A stretch of 64,000 nucleotides of DNA from the IMG/VR virus record IMGVR_UViG_3300021255_000006; one strand, written 5' to 3'. Under the pieces are notes generated by a model, which did not search any database, was not told where the DNA came from, and saw only the letters and a list, made by a program, of their open reading frames with translations. Shown in pieces: positions 53,412 to 64,000 of the stretch; position 1 is the stretch's first letter; the number at the start of each line of letters is the position of its first letter. The translations under genes were made by a program, and so were the position numbers. Origin of the DNA: an uncultured virus (IMG/VR IMGVR_UViG_3300021255_000006). Its lineage: Duplodnaviria; Heunggongvirae; Uroviricota; Caudoviricetes.

Positions 53412-56084
53412 TTAATCACCGAAGTATACATCGTAGGCACGCTCTGCTGTCGCAATTTCAATCCCTGATTCCATCGCATAGTCAATCAAGTCTTCGAGCA
53501 TGGGCAAATAAACTTCTGACCCCATAGTAGGGTTTTCCCCGTTAATATCAATAACGGGCTTCCCTTCTGTATTGGTCATTGGTATGGGATTGCCGTCAGT
53601 GTCTTTTTTCACACTGCCGTCAGGATTTAATTCTACCCTCTGCTTATAAATACTATTAGATGTATGAAACATCCATATCATCCATCCTTTTTTATCAGCG
53701 CACTCGTCAACGAATCCTTTCAAGTCGTCATAATTCCAGTCAGTTCGGCCTTCGCTTGCGGCATAATCGCATCTGTAGCGTGCAAGTGCGAATTTGTCCG
53801 TATAAGGATAATTGAGCGTTTCTCCGCCTATGCGGATACCAGCCCTAAATACTTTTGCGGCGCATTCCTGATAAAATTTGTATGTACCCGTAGAAGATGT
53901 GTAAACCAAAATGTCACTAGCGTGATATCCGTGTCGTTTCAGAATATTGAGTCCTCTTAAATATTTATGCGTCACTTCAAGCGCATTAAAATTGTGCGGA
54001 TCAATATCATCGGGATGGTCATAAGTATGACAAAGGATTTCAGCACCGGAGTCATTACATTCATCGATTTCTTCGTAAGTCATAAAGCCAACTTTACCTA
54101 CGTTTACTGGCGTGACAGCGGAAGAAATCGGTATGTTTTTACGAAGGATCATCGGCACAACGTCTGTTAAAAAATGCTTATCCCCGTCATCGTCTATAAT
54201 TGTCAGCATTGCTACATTTCCTTTTACGACGTTCGAATAAAAATCTACGCACCCCAAAATGCCAATACCTGATGTATTAGAAAACTCCAGATAATCACCT
54301 GACGTACTTACTATAATCTCTGCAGGCATTACCACGGAGATGTCATAGATTTCTTCAGCGTCGAGCTCAAAAAGAACTATGGCGGGATTCTGAGTCATAT
54401 ACTCGTTTATTTTTGCAGTTGTATCGATTCCTGCAACTGGTACCCGCACAGAAAAACCGTATGTTTTATCCGTATAAAGTGCAATAACGGGCTTATCTGT
54501 AACCTCTGCATTGTATATAGCCGCATAAGATACTGGCGTAAGAACGTCAGATAGAACATCGCCTAATGCCCTGATCGTTGGCTGGGGCTTTTCGCCGATA
54601 TTATAATAAATCCATGCAGAAGTTGTATCGGTCGGCTTGAAATTAGATGTACGAATTGGCTGTGTTCCATTAAGTACAACTCTTCCGACATTCTTGTGAT
54701 ACCTCCATCCGTGTTTGATTGCCCCACCCTCAGACCATTCGTCGTAGCTGATATAATTACATCTCTTTTGTGTAGCACTGCCGTAATATTGCAACTGTTT
54801 AACAATATCAGGAATATTGTGTATATCACCGCCACACTGCACCGCTGTGGGTATAGTTTCAATGAACGCAGAATAAATCGTAGGATTATTTGCAGCATAC
54901 ACTTCGATAGCATTTAACACCTCTGTGTCGTTAATGGTTGGCTCATTTCCAGCTCCGAACATTTCCGTAAGGTCAACACATATCGGTCTAATGACTGTAT
55001 CAATCTCACCATAAAACGCTTCGAGTATCTTGATCACTAAGTAATCATAGCTTCCAGTCTGCGCTGGCGCGGTAGCGATTTGTCGATTGCCTTTGTATGT
55101 TACGCCTACATATTTATTGTAGCGCATTCCATACAGACACACATTTTCATCCCCAGTGCTTAAAAAATATTTATGTCCCGCAACAAAGAAATAAATGCCA
55201 GAAGAATAACCTGTGTTTGTCTGTATATTCCTATCAGACTGTGATTTTGTACCATTTATCGCCCATGTACCATCGCTGTTATTTGTAAATGTCATGCTAC
55301 CAACGGTTTTACTTGATCCGGTGTTTTTGTTAACCTGGGACCATTTCCAAACAGCGCTTCCTACTTTAGAAACACGGCAATATTTTGCCACATCCTTTTC
55401 GATTGTTTTTTGATAAAAATAACCTTCTTTCGTTAAAATGCTTTCTTGCGATATGGCAACGCCTTTTTTATATTGTAAATCTTCTTGTGCATCCAAATTG
55501 GTTACAGAAACCTTGAGCCCACTTTCGCATACTTTATGATTCAAGTAAGGCGGATTAGCATCTGTATATACGCTATTAAAACAGAAGTATTTTTCGCCCG
55601 GCAAAATCTCTATTGAATAAGTATCAAACACCTGAGACTCTTCCGCTGTTGCCGTGCGCATAACAGTATAATTAGCATCACAAGTCGCCCACGTTCTTGA
55701 CGTGGCAGAGCCTTTTCCGCCAACATCAACTATTCCATATTCACTGACGGGGAACAGTGCTGTCCTATAGATATCACTTGCGTTTACAGTTGTACGAATA
55801 TAAGAACCATTACTGACTCTATATCCATTTACAAGTTCTTCATTTCGTTCGAAATATCCGTTGACATCACTTGATAATACTTTTAAATCTTCCTTTAAAT
55901 CAGTAATCTCATCCCCCACCACTTTAGCGTCTGCCGCCTGTCCCTCTTGTGTGAGAGTGGGATCAAGCTGTATGCCAACCCGATCGGCTCGTATACGCTT
56001 GGTCCCGCCCTCGCCATTGTCAAGGAGCAAATAATCTCCGTCGTTGTATCCGGTTTTCTCACTGTAAGATATAACTCTTCCCAT
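53412..56084 (-). CDS. Tail-associated protein with C-terminal polysaccharide deacetylase-like domain
   Basis: DPTLTQEGQAADAK fibre-type motif; LTIIDDDG, EILCHTYDH, WMFH (NodB/CE4-like). Confidence 0.7.
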   Translation of the reverse strand: MGRVISYSEKTGYNDGDYLLLDNGEGGTKRIRADRVGIQLDPTLTQEGQAADAKVVGDEITDLKEDLKVLSSDVNGYFERNEELVNGYRVSNGSYIRTTVNASDIYRTALFPVSEYGIVDVGGKGSATSRTWATCDANYTVMRTATAEESQVFDTYSIEILPGEKYFCFNSVYTDANPPYLNHKVCESGLKVSVTNLDAQEDLQYKKGVAISQESILTKEGYFYQKTIEKDVAKYCRVSKVGSAVWKWSQVNKNTGSSKTVGSMTFTNNSDGTWAINGTKSQSDRNIQTNTGYSSGIYFFVAGHKYFLSTGDENVCLYGMRYNKYVGVTYKGNRQIATAPAQTGSYDYLVIKILEAFYGEIDTVIRPICVDLTEMFGAGNEPTINDTEVLNAIEVYAANNPTIYSAFIETIPTAVQCGGDIHNIPDIVKQLQYYGSATQKRCNYISYDEWSEGGAIKHGWRYHKNVGRVVLNGTQPIRTSNFKPTDTTSAWIYYNIGEKPQPTIRALGDVLSDVLTPVSYAAIYNAEVTDKPVIALYTDKTYGFSVRVPVAGIDTTAKINEYMTQNPAIVLFELDAEEIYDISVVMPAEIIVSTSGDYLEFSNTSGIGILGCVDFYSNVVKGNVAMLTIIDDDGDKHFLTDVVPMILRKNIPISSAVTPVNVGKVGFMTYEEIDECNDSGAEILCHTYDHPDDIDPHNFNALEVTHKYLRGLNILKRHGYHASDILVYTSSTGTYKFYQECAAKVFRAGIRIGGETLNYPYTDKFALARYRCDYAASEGRTDWNYDDLKGFVDECADKKGWMIWMFHTSNSIYKQRVELNPDGSVKKDTDGNPIPMTNTEGKPVIDINGENPTMGSEVYLPMLEDLIDYAMESGIEIATAERAYDVYFGD

Positions 56085-56119
56085 AGTTTACTCTCTCTCT
56101 TATTATACTCCGCGACTCC

Positions 56120-57748
56120 TTATATCGCCTCAAGACCTGCATATCGATAATAATTTTCGTTCGTTTCGATACATTCACTCATCAATCGCATTACCGCATA
56201 AGCAAGACCGGTATATGTTACCTGTGTCGGATGACCGTTAACCATAGTGTAATGATAAACATATGAACTAAAGAATGGATCATCAAACGGATCAACAAAC
56301 GGAATACCAAAATGCTCAGCAATTTCTGATGCAGCAGATGAATAGTTGCTAAAAATTTGACCAGATTTATCCCACAGCCACCTACCGAATATAACAAATC
56401 TAGCCATAGGCGCATGTGTCTGTAGCTGAGCTATTATACGTCCGTAGTTTCCGTAAAATGAATCTGGATTTTGCGAATAGTCACTTATTATGTCGTCAAT
56501 GGTACCGATAGCATCTCCATTGATACAATCATTAATCCCAAAACATATCATATACAGATCAGGAGGCGTAGCAGAAAGAACTGATGATAAGCCATTGGTC
56601 AAATAAGATTTTGCACTGGAACCTCCAACACCAAAATTTTCAACAGTTACACCTAGATAATCGGCTAACACTTGTGGATATGGTTTCTTAGCTTGAAGCC
56701 ATGTGGAGCCATCCGAAGATTTTATCCCACCTTTGGTGTAACTATCGCCAATACATTGTATTCTAGAAAACATGTTCAATCCGCAATACGGTTTTTTCAA
56801 AGCGTTTTCTGGTATCGGTGTTATTGACCATGGTAAAGAAACGCCAAAACAATCCATGGAGAAATTACTAAGATCGGTAGACAATCCTTCTATAGCTAAT
56901 CTGGAATATCCCGCTTCTGATAAAAGTTTAAGCCTGATATGAACGCCATCGGTTTTAAGATATACATATGCAGACATAGTAGAAGTGCCATCAACAATTT
57001 TTGCATATGTTGTGTTGATAGCCTTTACGTTTTCAGTGTAAGCAACAATGTAATTATAGTTTGGAATACTCGACGGCACCGGGACAACCAATTCTGAAAT
57101 ATTAACTGGTATAGAAACATCAGCATAAAAATATTCAGTGTCACTTCTAAACGTGGGGAGGAACGTAGTTGTGCTATAACCGGTTAATCTTTTTTGTCGA
57201 TTAATATCTGCTCGTTGAATAATGTTATACTTACTCGAATCAGGATAGCCGATGTCATTTGCTTTTTCTATATTACGTGCAGTTTGTATCACGGAATTAG
57301 AAACGCTGCTAACAACATGCTCTATATTTTTACACAGCCTAACATGAAAACCGCCAACTTGAGCCGTTCTATAGCAGGCTCTTGCTTTCGCGGCATTCAT
57401 AGGAACGGTTAACGTTTGAGTTCCAGCAACAGCTTGCGCACCAGATATAAACGCATCTGTACTATCGTAAAATGCTATACCAAGGCCATCCTCAGCACGT
57501 TGAGTCTGGTAATCAATAATATCTCCAGATATTACAGAAAATTCGACATAAGAAAAATTAACGTTATCGCTTATACTTCCGGTATTACTTTCAATTCGTT
57601 TCCCAGAAACAGCATTAGTGGTATCGACACTTCTGTTTATTATATTACTAGCCGAGATTTTCCTAGTCCCATCAGTAGCTCCGTCAATGACTAAGAAATC
57701 GTCTTGATTCAACGAGTCAGCTTCTGGATAGGTATTGATCCTGCTCAT
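56120..57748 (-). CDS. Tail-associated protein with SGNH/GDSL esterase domain
   Basis: IGDSYT, NFGVGG, FGIND, GHP blocks. Confidence 0.8.
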   Translation of the reverse strand: MSRINTYPEADSLNQDDFLVIDGATDGTRKISASNIINRSVDTTNAVSGKRIESNTGSISDNVNFSYVEFSVISGDIIDYQTQRAEDGLGIAFYDSTDAFISGAQAVAGTQTLTVPMNAAKARACYRTAQVGGFHVRLCKNIEHVVSSVSNSVIQTARNIEKANDIGYPDSSKYNIIQRADINRQKRLTGYSTTTFLPTFRSDTEYFYADVSIPVNISELVVPVPSSIPNYNYIVAYTENVKAINTTYAKIVDGTSTMSAYVYLKTDGVHIRLKLLSEAGYSRLAIEGLSTDLSNFSMDCFGVSLPWSITPIPENALKKPYCGLNMFSRIQCIGDSYTKGGIKSSDGSTWLQAKKPYPQVLADYLGVTVENFGVGGSSAKSYLTNGLSSVLSATPPDLYMICFGINDCINGDAIGTIDDIISDYSQNPDSFYGNYGRIIAQLQTHAPMARFVIFGRWLWDKSGQIFSNYSSAASEIAEHFGIPFVDPFDDPFFSSYVYHYTMVNGHPTQVTYTGLAYAVMRLMSECIETNENYYRYAGLEAI

Positions 57749-57751
57749 AGC

Positions 57752-57961
57752 TTACTCCTTCATATTATACTGGACGGTACTGATGCCCAGGATCACACCG
57801 AGGAAGGTGTCGATCGCTGTGATAGTACCGACAATCTGCTCTCCGTAGGGGAAACCCCAAATTCCTGCCAGTGCAAAATATAAAGTGCCAACAGCCGGCA
57901 GCAGCACCAGTGCTACCCACTTCAGAATATCGTAGGTTTTGTCATTAAGAATCGTTTTCAT
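57752..57961 (-). CDS. Holin (Dp-1-like)
   Basis: KTYDILKWVAL..LPA.GTLY..L..IWG.PY; two TM segments. Confidence 0.85.
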   Translation of the reverse strand: MKTILNDKTYDILKWVALVLLPAVGTLYFALAGIWGFPYGEQIVGTITAIDTFLGVILGISTVQYNMKE

Positions 57962-57962
57962 G

Positions 57963-58259
57963 TTACGCCTCCTTTAACGGCAGTTTTTCTACCTCGTTCA
58001 TGATCTTAGTTCCGGAACCGTTACCTCCTAGTTTTTTGTAAGGCTTGTATAAGTCCTGCAAAGTGTCGTACTCGTCTTTTGAAATCCATCCACGCTCGAT
58101 GTACTGCATTCCGTAGAAAACCAGCTCCATGTGGGCGATACCAAGAAGCATTTCTCGTTCTGCCGTGTGCCGATCCAGTCTTGTACCCAGAAACGCCCAA
58201 AGGCCAGAGGAAGCCAGGAGCGATGTAAAGATAGTTATTACGATTTGTGTTAAGTTCAT
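57963..58259 (-). CDS. Holin-adjacent membrane protein
   Basis: N-terminal TM segment; Y..LGGNG motif. Confidence 0.6.
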   Translation of the reverse strand: MNLTQIVITIFTSLLASSGLWAFLGTRLDRHTAEREMLLGIAHMELVFYGMQYIERGWISKDEYDTLQDLYKPYKKLGGNGSGTKIMNEVEKLPLKEA

Positions 58260-58301
58260 ACATTTTGTTCCTTTGGTAATTCTTATTCGAGATGAGTCTC
58301 C

Positions 58302-59612
58302 TTAAAAGTCGATAGACTGGTCTGGTGATACTTTTGCTCCTGTGGTTTTAATAGCAAACCAGGTTACTTTAAGCGTTATTTGTTTGGCTTGAAGATTAAA
58401 GTTTACTAAACCCATTCTAAAATCAGGCACGGAATTATGACTCATGTAATATTCGGTAGGTATAACCCATTTGTATTCAGTACTTTCAATTTGACATAGC
58501 CCGCAAATAGTATATCCAGTCGGCACATTAGAAATGTACGAAGAAACAACCGTCCAGCCCGGAGTAATAACGGTTTCTCCACCAGCTATAACGTTAGCGG
58601 TAGCCTTAGGTACTGTGCCTTTTATAACCAACGTTCCATAAGCCAAAATATCATTGATTTTGACAACTTCGACGCCATTTTCGCTAAGAGTTTTACCGCT
58701 AGGAACAGTAACATTAGCACCACCATCAGATAGTACAAATGACGCAATAGCAGATGTTCCATTTAATAACTGCATACTCGCTCTCGGAGAATTATTCTTA
58801 GCCTCACAAACAACCTCCGATTTGTAGTTACCATAAGAATTGGACATGCCGATAGCGTTTACATTATTTCCACCCGACATTTTGAGTGTGCCGCCATCCA
58901 AAGCGATAACCGCCTTACCTCCACAAAAGCTAACTGTAGCTGACGTCGATTGTCCAATTGAAATAGAATTAGCCGCAAAAGATGCTATTGTTGTACCAGT
59001 AGAATCTCTAAGCGTAATACCCTTAGCTGTAAAGTCAGCAAGAATCTTGTCAGAACCGTTTCTAATTTCAACACCGGAATCGGTGGCCATAACATGTGAT
59101 TTTGAATTCATGCCTATCTGAGTGGTTGGGCCGAATGTTGCTAACAGCTGACCATCGATGTTATATATGCTAGAACCATTAGTTCCAACAATAATATAAC
59201 CGTCAATTGGCTGATTTTCTTCGTCAAGCTTACCTATCAATAAGCCCTCAGCAGTTAAGGTCATGTATACAGGGCCGACTCTTGTTAACGCCGGATAGCT
59301 AACATTACCAATGATGGTTAAAGTATGTCCACGCATTGTAGCCATAACCAGATCACCAACTCCAACTTCAACAAGAGACTTTGCCGGCGTATCAATTTCA
59401 GCGCCATTAAGTTGGACATAAACGAGACTGTCTTCTACGACTCGTGTTACTGTAGCGTACAAATGCTGGGAATCAGACGGAGCCATTTGAGAACCGCCGT
59501 TTACTGCATCCGCAAATCCTTTGAGGATGCTGTCATTCAATTCCAAAATTATCACCCCCAAAGATTCTTTGTATAAATGGCTGTTTCTTGAACTCGACAA
59601 CCTGTTTCGCAT
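58302..59612 (-). CDS. Minor tail protein (start uncertain, probably ~59555)
   Basis: Beta-rich repeats; tail module. Confidence 0.65.
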   Translation of the reverse strand: MRNRLSSSRNSHLYKESLGVIILELNDSILKGFADAVNGGSQMAPSDSQHLYATVTRVVEDSLVYVQLNGAEIDTPAKSLVEVGVGDLVMATMRGHTLTIIGNVSYPALTRVGPVYMTLTAEGLLIGKLDEENQPIDGYIIVGTNGSSIYNIDGQLLATFGPTTQIGMNSKSHVMATDSGVEIRNGSDKILADFTAKGITLRDSTGTTIASFAANSISIGQSTSATVSFCGGKAVIALDGGTLKMSGGNNVNAIGMSNSYGNYKSEVVCEAKNNSPRASMQLLNGTSAIASFVLSDGGANVTVPSGKTLSENGVEVVKINDILAYGTLVIKGTVPKATANVIAGGETVITPGWTVVSSYISNVPTGYTICGLCQIESTEYKWVIPTEYYMSHNSVPDFRMGLVNFNLQAKQITLKVTWFAIKTTGAKVSPDQSIDF

Positions 59613-60616
59613 TCGATTGATTGTCGAGTTACTTTGGCACGCGTATTAATCATGCCTGCTCTTGTGTAATTTAAAAGCACACAGTCACCCACTCGCACAG
59701 GACAATATCCATGAGTGTAGGTAACTGTGTACTCAAGTGCCGATAAATCTCTTAATTTCTGTCTGGCGTAGTCATCAAGCTGAACTTGTGTTGGTATTAC
59801 GCCATTAAGATCAGGATTTGTAACGCGTTCAACGACCTTGCGACCTCTTGTAATCGTGGAAATTGGACTGTCAGGATCATTGTTTTCGACCCTAGAGTAA
59901 ATATAACTCCCGTCATCTTTAGTGTATACAACCTCTAGAACATTTGGAATTCCATATAAATCCCTATCTATGTCGAAGTCGGGTTGCAGTATTGAGCTGT
60001 TACCATCATCAAAAATCCACACAGGCTGTAACGAATTTGTGTCCTGGTTTGGTGAAAACATAACTCTACCCATTTCGTCGCAGCCCATAGTATAGCCAGC
60101 ACAGGCAAGCAAATCGTTAATGAAAGTAAACCAAGTATCGTTTATATCAGACACAAACGGTTGCGGAAGAACATATGACGCGCTTCCACCAACAACAGGC
60201 GCCCTGCAATTCTCAGTAACTAGATTTGTAGCTGTTTCAAGAATATTTACCCCGGACGCCAAAGAATACCCGATAGGAGGTCTGTTGTCTTTAAGTTCCA
60301 ACAAAGGTGTATAAGCGTCCAAGGTAATACTCTTATTTTTGCCGTCAAACCCTTCTCCAGTTGTCTGGCAAAGATGTGTTCCGAGAGGAGTTCTTTCTTC
60401 TATGTGATTTTGATTTGTAACAAGGTAAGTACGAATATAAAGCTCTCCTAAGTCGCTATCAACTTTAAATGAAGCGCTTCCTCCAGTATCGTTTGAGTTG
60501 TCTCTCTTGATATTAGAAGATATAACATTCTTAATCCTGCTACGATCGGTCCATGTAGCCGGATCAACTTCGTAATATTCATAAGTCTGTTGCATGGACT
60601 TTGTCCAATCCGGCAT
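59552..60616 (-). CDS. Minor tail / baseplate hub-like protein
   Basis: Second gene after tape measure; VRVGDCV C-terminal motif. Confidence 0.7.
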   Translation of the reverse strand: MPDWTKSMQQTYEYYEVDPATWTDRSRIKNVISSNIKRDNSNDTGGSASFKVDSDLGELYIRTYLVTNQNHIEERTPLGTHLCQTTGEGFDGKNKSITLDAYTPLLELKDNRPPIGYSLASGVNILETATNLVTENCRAPVVGGSASYVLPQPFVSDINDTWFTFINDLLACAGYTMGCDEMGRVMFSPNQDTNSLQPVWIFDDGNSSILQPDFDIDRDLYGIPNVLEVVYTKDDGSYIYSRVENNDPDSPISTITRGRKVVERVTNPDLNGVIPTQVQLDDYARQKLRDLSALEYTVTYTHGYCPVRVGDCVLLNYTRAGMINTRAKVTRQSIECETGCRVQETAIYTKNLWG

Positions 60617-63141
60617 CAGATACCCCCTTCCACTCGTGTAACATCGATTGTGATCGGAATAAGTAAATTATTGTAATCTTTATTAAATGAGACATTAATG
60701 CTAGCCCAATAACCAACACCATTAGGCTCTCTAACGTAACAATCGCCACGGTAAATCTGTAAACGTCTCAAAGCGTATACTGTATCTCTGTCTGTAGCAG
60801 GAATCTCTGACGACCAGTTGCCACTAATACCAAGCTGCGTACCATAATAAGAGACCGGCGCCGATCTTCCGATATACTCAACCAATGATTTGTCAATCGA
60901 GGAAGATTCGGAAACTTTAATATTATAGGGAAGCTTGAGCATGGACCCAACCCATGCCGGCTCGGCCAACTCATCGCTATCACCAGAAGGAGCATCAAAA
61001 TTAGACCATTCTTCGTCCCATTGAATAATGATGCCTGTTTCTCCTACAGGCTCGCCAGGCATGTCATAAAAACCAACTTGTCCAGTTTCGCTCGACGTCG
61101 CGATTATCCTATACCGCGCAAAGTTTAAAGCCGGATGCGGATCAGTAACAACGGTGAGCCTATTATTTGGAATATCCTCTTGGATTGTTACAAATCGTCC
61201 GTCGTATTCTCTGCGACAAACAGTAAGCGTAACCTTCTGAGCTAGTACGTCGTTATCATCTACACAGAAAGGACGAATATAAGCACAAAGCTTATCTCTA
61301 TCAACTGTGATTTCAGCATTTGGCCATAGGTTGAACGATGCCCAGTCCATAGCAATGCGTTGCGATGCTTCCGCTTTGAGGCCGGAATTCATTGAAACGG
61401 TAACCTTAACGGTATAACTCATTTCGTTCTCAAAGTCTACGTCACTAGCCTTAAGCGTTCTTGACATTCTACTAGTTCCACCTGGAATATATTCAGAAAA
61501 GATTTCATCTCCAGCTCGAACAATGATTCTTTGACCAATGTCATCAATGGTATCATAAGAGTCATTTGAAATAATTGAAATGTTCCACCCAACTGGTGTT
61601 TGAGTTGAAGGATGCGCTTCTGCATAAATATAAATCGGAAATGAGTCGTATGTGTAAACAGAAGAACCGGAATTAGCAGTGTCTGTAACTGTCAAGTCTA
61701 TTGTTGGAGGCGCATACATTACAACAACCCGTTCAGTGGACCAAGGACTATAACCGTCATTATTTGGTCCACCAGTTGTCATGACGCCACGAGTTCTAAC
61801 CTGCCAGTGAATAACCATACCTTCTGGATAGTCGATATGAGCTTCACCAATAATGTTATCGCTTTTATCGTCAATAATATTCGCATTGGAAGCGTCGACA
61901 ATGTCCTCGGTTATAGTAATAAACGTATTATAATTCAAATAGCTAGCTTCACCGGGAGTCGTAGATTTATAAGTCGGCGAATAAGTTTTCCATCCTTCGT
62001 CGTTTATCTTGATTCGAATCTGGGCATTGGACTGGACAGATCCATCCTCAGCATTATGAACCCAATACAGTCGAATTTGTTCGCCAACTATTGCCGTCGA
62101 CGTTTCAGACCATGTAGTTGGAGCTGCAGGAGCGACACCAATAACCACCGAATATATTTCAGACCAACCAGACTCTCCCTGAGCATTTTTTGCCTTAACT
62201 CTGAAATACCAGGTTGTACCCGAATCCAAACCTTCTATGTAAGCAGTTTCTGTTGTAACAGTTTGACTTTTAGTAAGAGTAGACGTGTCAAAAAAGTTCT
62301 TAGACGTAGTGTACTCTATTGTATAACTATCGGGTTTTGGAGAGACAGCCTTCCAATACAGCCATATAGACGTCGGCGAATCTATTCTATGACTCGTTAT
62401 TCGTGTCGGGGCATTTGGAACTGTGCCAAGATTCGATGAATAATCGGACCAATCGCTAACAAGCGTTTTCTGCGAACTAAGAACAATAGTGCTTGAGATA
62501 GATGGTGTGCCGCTTGGGGTAAATACTCTAACAGCTCTGCATCGAGCCTTGTATTTACCACCAGATGCGACTTTTACCTGATAAGCGGCGTGTTGAGTAC
62601 GTACTTTTACAATACCGCTTTTGATTGTGTTTTTATCGTCTTTTACTACTTCGAACTCAATATAATGAGAATTCGGATCTGTAATGTTACTGACCTCAGC
62701 CAAAAGGTTGTAACTTCCATCAATGGTAACGGTCGGAGTACTTGGTTTCGCCGGGGTTAATACATTATTAAAATCAAATGTCGCCGCAGCGGTGTGCGCC
62801 TGCCAATAATGTATTTCAGTTTCGCCTCGCTTATAAGTTCCGGAATGGGGCTGTACTCGAACAGAAACCCTCAACGCGTTTGCTGGAGCTTGGTATGTGG
62901 CTCGTACAAAGCCGTCTTTACTAGGAAGATTAAGATTTTCGCTGCTTCCTACGAACCACACACCCTGACCGGTATAATAACGCCACACAACACCAAAATG
63001 GTCGGTATTGCCCTTTGTCCATTTCCATGTGGCATATAGATTTCGATCTGTGCCGGCCTCCAGTCCAATTTTCAGGTCGGACACAACATAATATGTAAAG
63101 CTTTCACCATAAATACCGTTTCCGGCTAGTTTATTAGCCAT
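60616..63141 (-). CDS. Minor tail protein with fibronectin type III domains
   Basis: PNAPT...W...YTIEY...GLDSGTTWYFRVKAKNAQGESGWS; directly after tape measure. Confidence 0.75.
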   Translation of the reverse strand: MANKLAGNGIYGESFTYYVVSDLKIGLEAGTDRNLYATWKWTKGNTDHFGVVWRYYTGQGVWFVGSSENLNLPSKDGFVRATYQAPANALRVSVRVQPHSGTYKRGETEIHYWQAHTAAATFDFNNVLTPAKPSTPTVTIDGSYNLLAEVSNITDPNSHYIEFEVVKDDKNTIKSGIVKVRTQHAAYQVKVASGGKYKARCRAVRVFTPSGTPSISSTIVLSSQKTLVSDWSDYSSNLGTVPNAPTRITSHRIDSPTSIWLYWKAVSPKPDSYTIEYTTSKNFFDTSTLTKSQTVTTETAYIEGLDSGTTWYFRVKAKNAQGESGWSEIYSVVIGVAPAAPTTWSETSTAIVGEQIRLYWVHNAEDGSVQSNAQIRIKINDEGWKTYSPTYKSTTPGEASYLNYNTFITITEDIVDASNANIIDDKSDNIIGEAHIDYPEGMVIHWQVRTRGVMTTGGPNNDGYSPWSTERVVVMYAPPTIDLTVTDTANSGSSVYTYDSFPIYIYAEAHPSTQTPVGWNISIISNDSYDTIDDIGQRIIVRAGDEIFSEYIPGGTSRMSRTLKASDVDFENEMSYTVKVTVSMNSGLKAEASQRIAMDWASFNLWPNAEITVDRDKLCAYIRPFCVDDNDVLAQKVTLTVCRREYDGRFVTIQEDIPNNRLTVVTDPHPALNFARYRIIATSSETGQVGFYDMPGEPVGETGIIIQWDEEWSNFDAPSGDSDELAEPAWVGSMLKLPYNIKVSESSSIDKSLVEYIGRSAPVSYYGTQLGISGNWSSEIPATDRDTVYALRRLQIYRGDCYVREPNGVGYWASINVSFNKDYNNLLIPITIDVTRVEGGI

Positions 63142-64000
63142 TATGCCCTCCCTTCTATCTTAGCAGCACGAATCAATGATCTGACCGCGGTGGATACGTT
63201 GCTACCGTCGTCATAAGTTACTCCATTTACATTATAAACATTGCCAGTGTTCCCAATAAGAGCTGACAGACCATTAATGGCGTCAATAAGACTACCCATC
63301 ATCTGGTTATCAGAGTCCTGTTTTCGTCTTTTATCTCGGTCTACACTAAGCGAAGCCGCATTTGCAAGATCTATATTGCCGTTAAGCGACAAACGATCAG
63401 AATCAGGCAGCATAGAGTAAAGTCTATTTGCTCCATTTTGAATTTCAGAAAGATCTAACACCGGAGTGATTGTGGGGTCGGTTATGATATCGCCACTCAT
63501 AAGATCGGCAAGCTGATCTATCGGTCGTTTTGCAGCGTTTATAACACCTTCCATAACACCAACTGATGCGGCGTTCACTTCTGAACCCATAGCTAGCATA
63601 CCCTTGATTAGACCTTCGTCAAGAGAATTACCAAGTCTCATCCAAACCTTTGAAGGTGAGTTAACCTGAGCCGCTTCTCTTGCGGCGGCATTTGCGTCTT
63701 CGACAATTTGCCTAGCCACACTACTAACGTAGCTTCCGCTGTCTCGAATACCTTCTGCCAAGCCATTACCGAGAGATTCGCCAACGCTTACCCAATCGTC
63801 TCGGTTGCTACCAGCTTCATTGCAGGCATCTTGGACTACTGTTGACGCAGATTCAGACACATCTCCAGATAACCCATCAATGCCTTCTATCATACTGAGA
63901 TCAATGTTTTTACCGTTTGTTTCGAATGCTCCGCCATTGATGTAATCTTCGATGTTGAAGTTTGTTGTATCCATAAGGTCTGAAGATATGTCTTCCAACC
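63141..64000 (-). CDS. Tape measure protein, C-terminal part (enters from the right edge)
   Basis: G..L..GL..GI, VNSPSKVW..LG, PTITPVLDLS motifs typical of TMP C-termini. Confidence 0.85.
   Translation of the reverse strand, partial: LEDISSDLMDTTNFNIEDYINGGAFETNGKNIDLSMIEGIDGLSGDVSESASTVVQDACNEAGSNRDDWVSVGESLGNGLAEGIRDSGSYVSSVARQIVEDANAAAREAAQVNSPSKVWMRLGNSLDEGLIKGMLAMGSEVNAASVGVMEGVINAAKRPIDQLADLMSGDIITDPTITPVLDLSEIQNGANRLYSMLPDSDRLSLNGNIDLANAASLSVDRDKRRKQDSDNQMMGSLIDAINGLSALIGNTGNVYNVNGVTYDDGSNVSTAVRSLIRAAKIEGRA

Overview
The window is nearly all of one temperate, long-tailed dsDNA phage genome. It is apparently circularly permuted: the tape-measure gene starts at 3604, runs off the left edge, and its C-terminal part re-enters at the right edge. 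All credible genes are on the minus strand and no host genes are visible. Firmicute-type SD sites and an amidase/SPOR lysin suggest a Clostridia-like host (inference). Modules: tail, head and packaging (1-15 kb); a probable genome-end region (~16.5 kb); a 956-aa single-subunit two-barrel RNA polymerase-like protein; an iteron-like AT-rich array with an RHH gene; lysins; a long accessory region; replication genes (SF2 helicase, SSB, primase-helicase-PolB fusion); a tyrosine integrase with an intact attP-like site; tail enzymes and a holin. Highlights: (1) a stand-alone Cas7/RAMP-like gene followed 3 nt later by a ~375-nt non-coding array with 5-nt periodicity (conserved NGY triplet plus variable NN), a candidate non-CRISPR RNA-guided system; (2) the RNA polymerase, which shares an N-terminal L-x-H motif with putative internal virion proteins, together with 16 copies of a fixed-spacing non-sigma70 promoter motif CGC-N7-ACA-N8-TATG; (3) several promoter-hairpin-U-tract small RNA units, including a tRNA mimic without a normal anticodon loop; (4) long hairpins that display anti-SD loops. 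All protein calls come from motif recognition by eye; no database searches were run.
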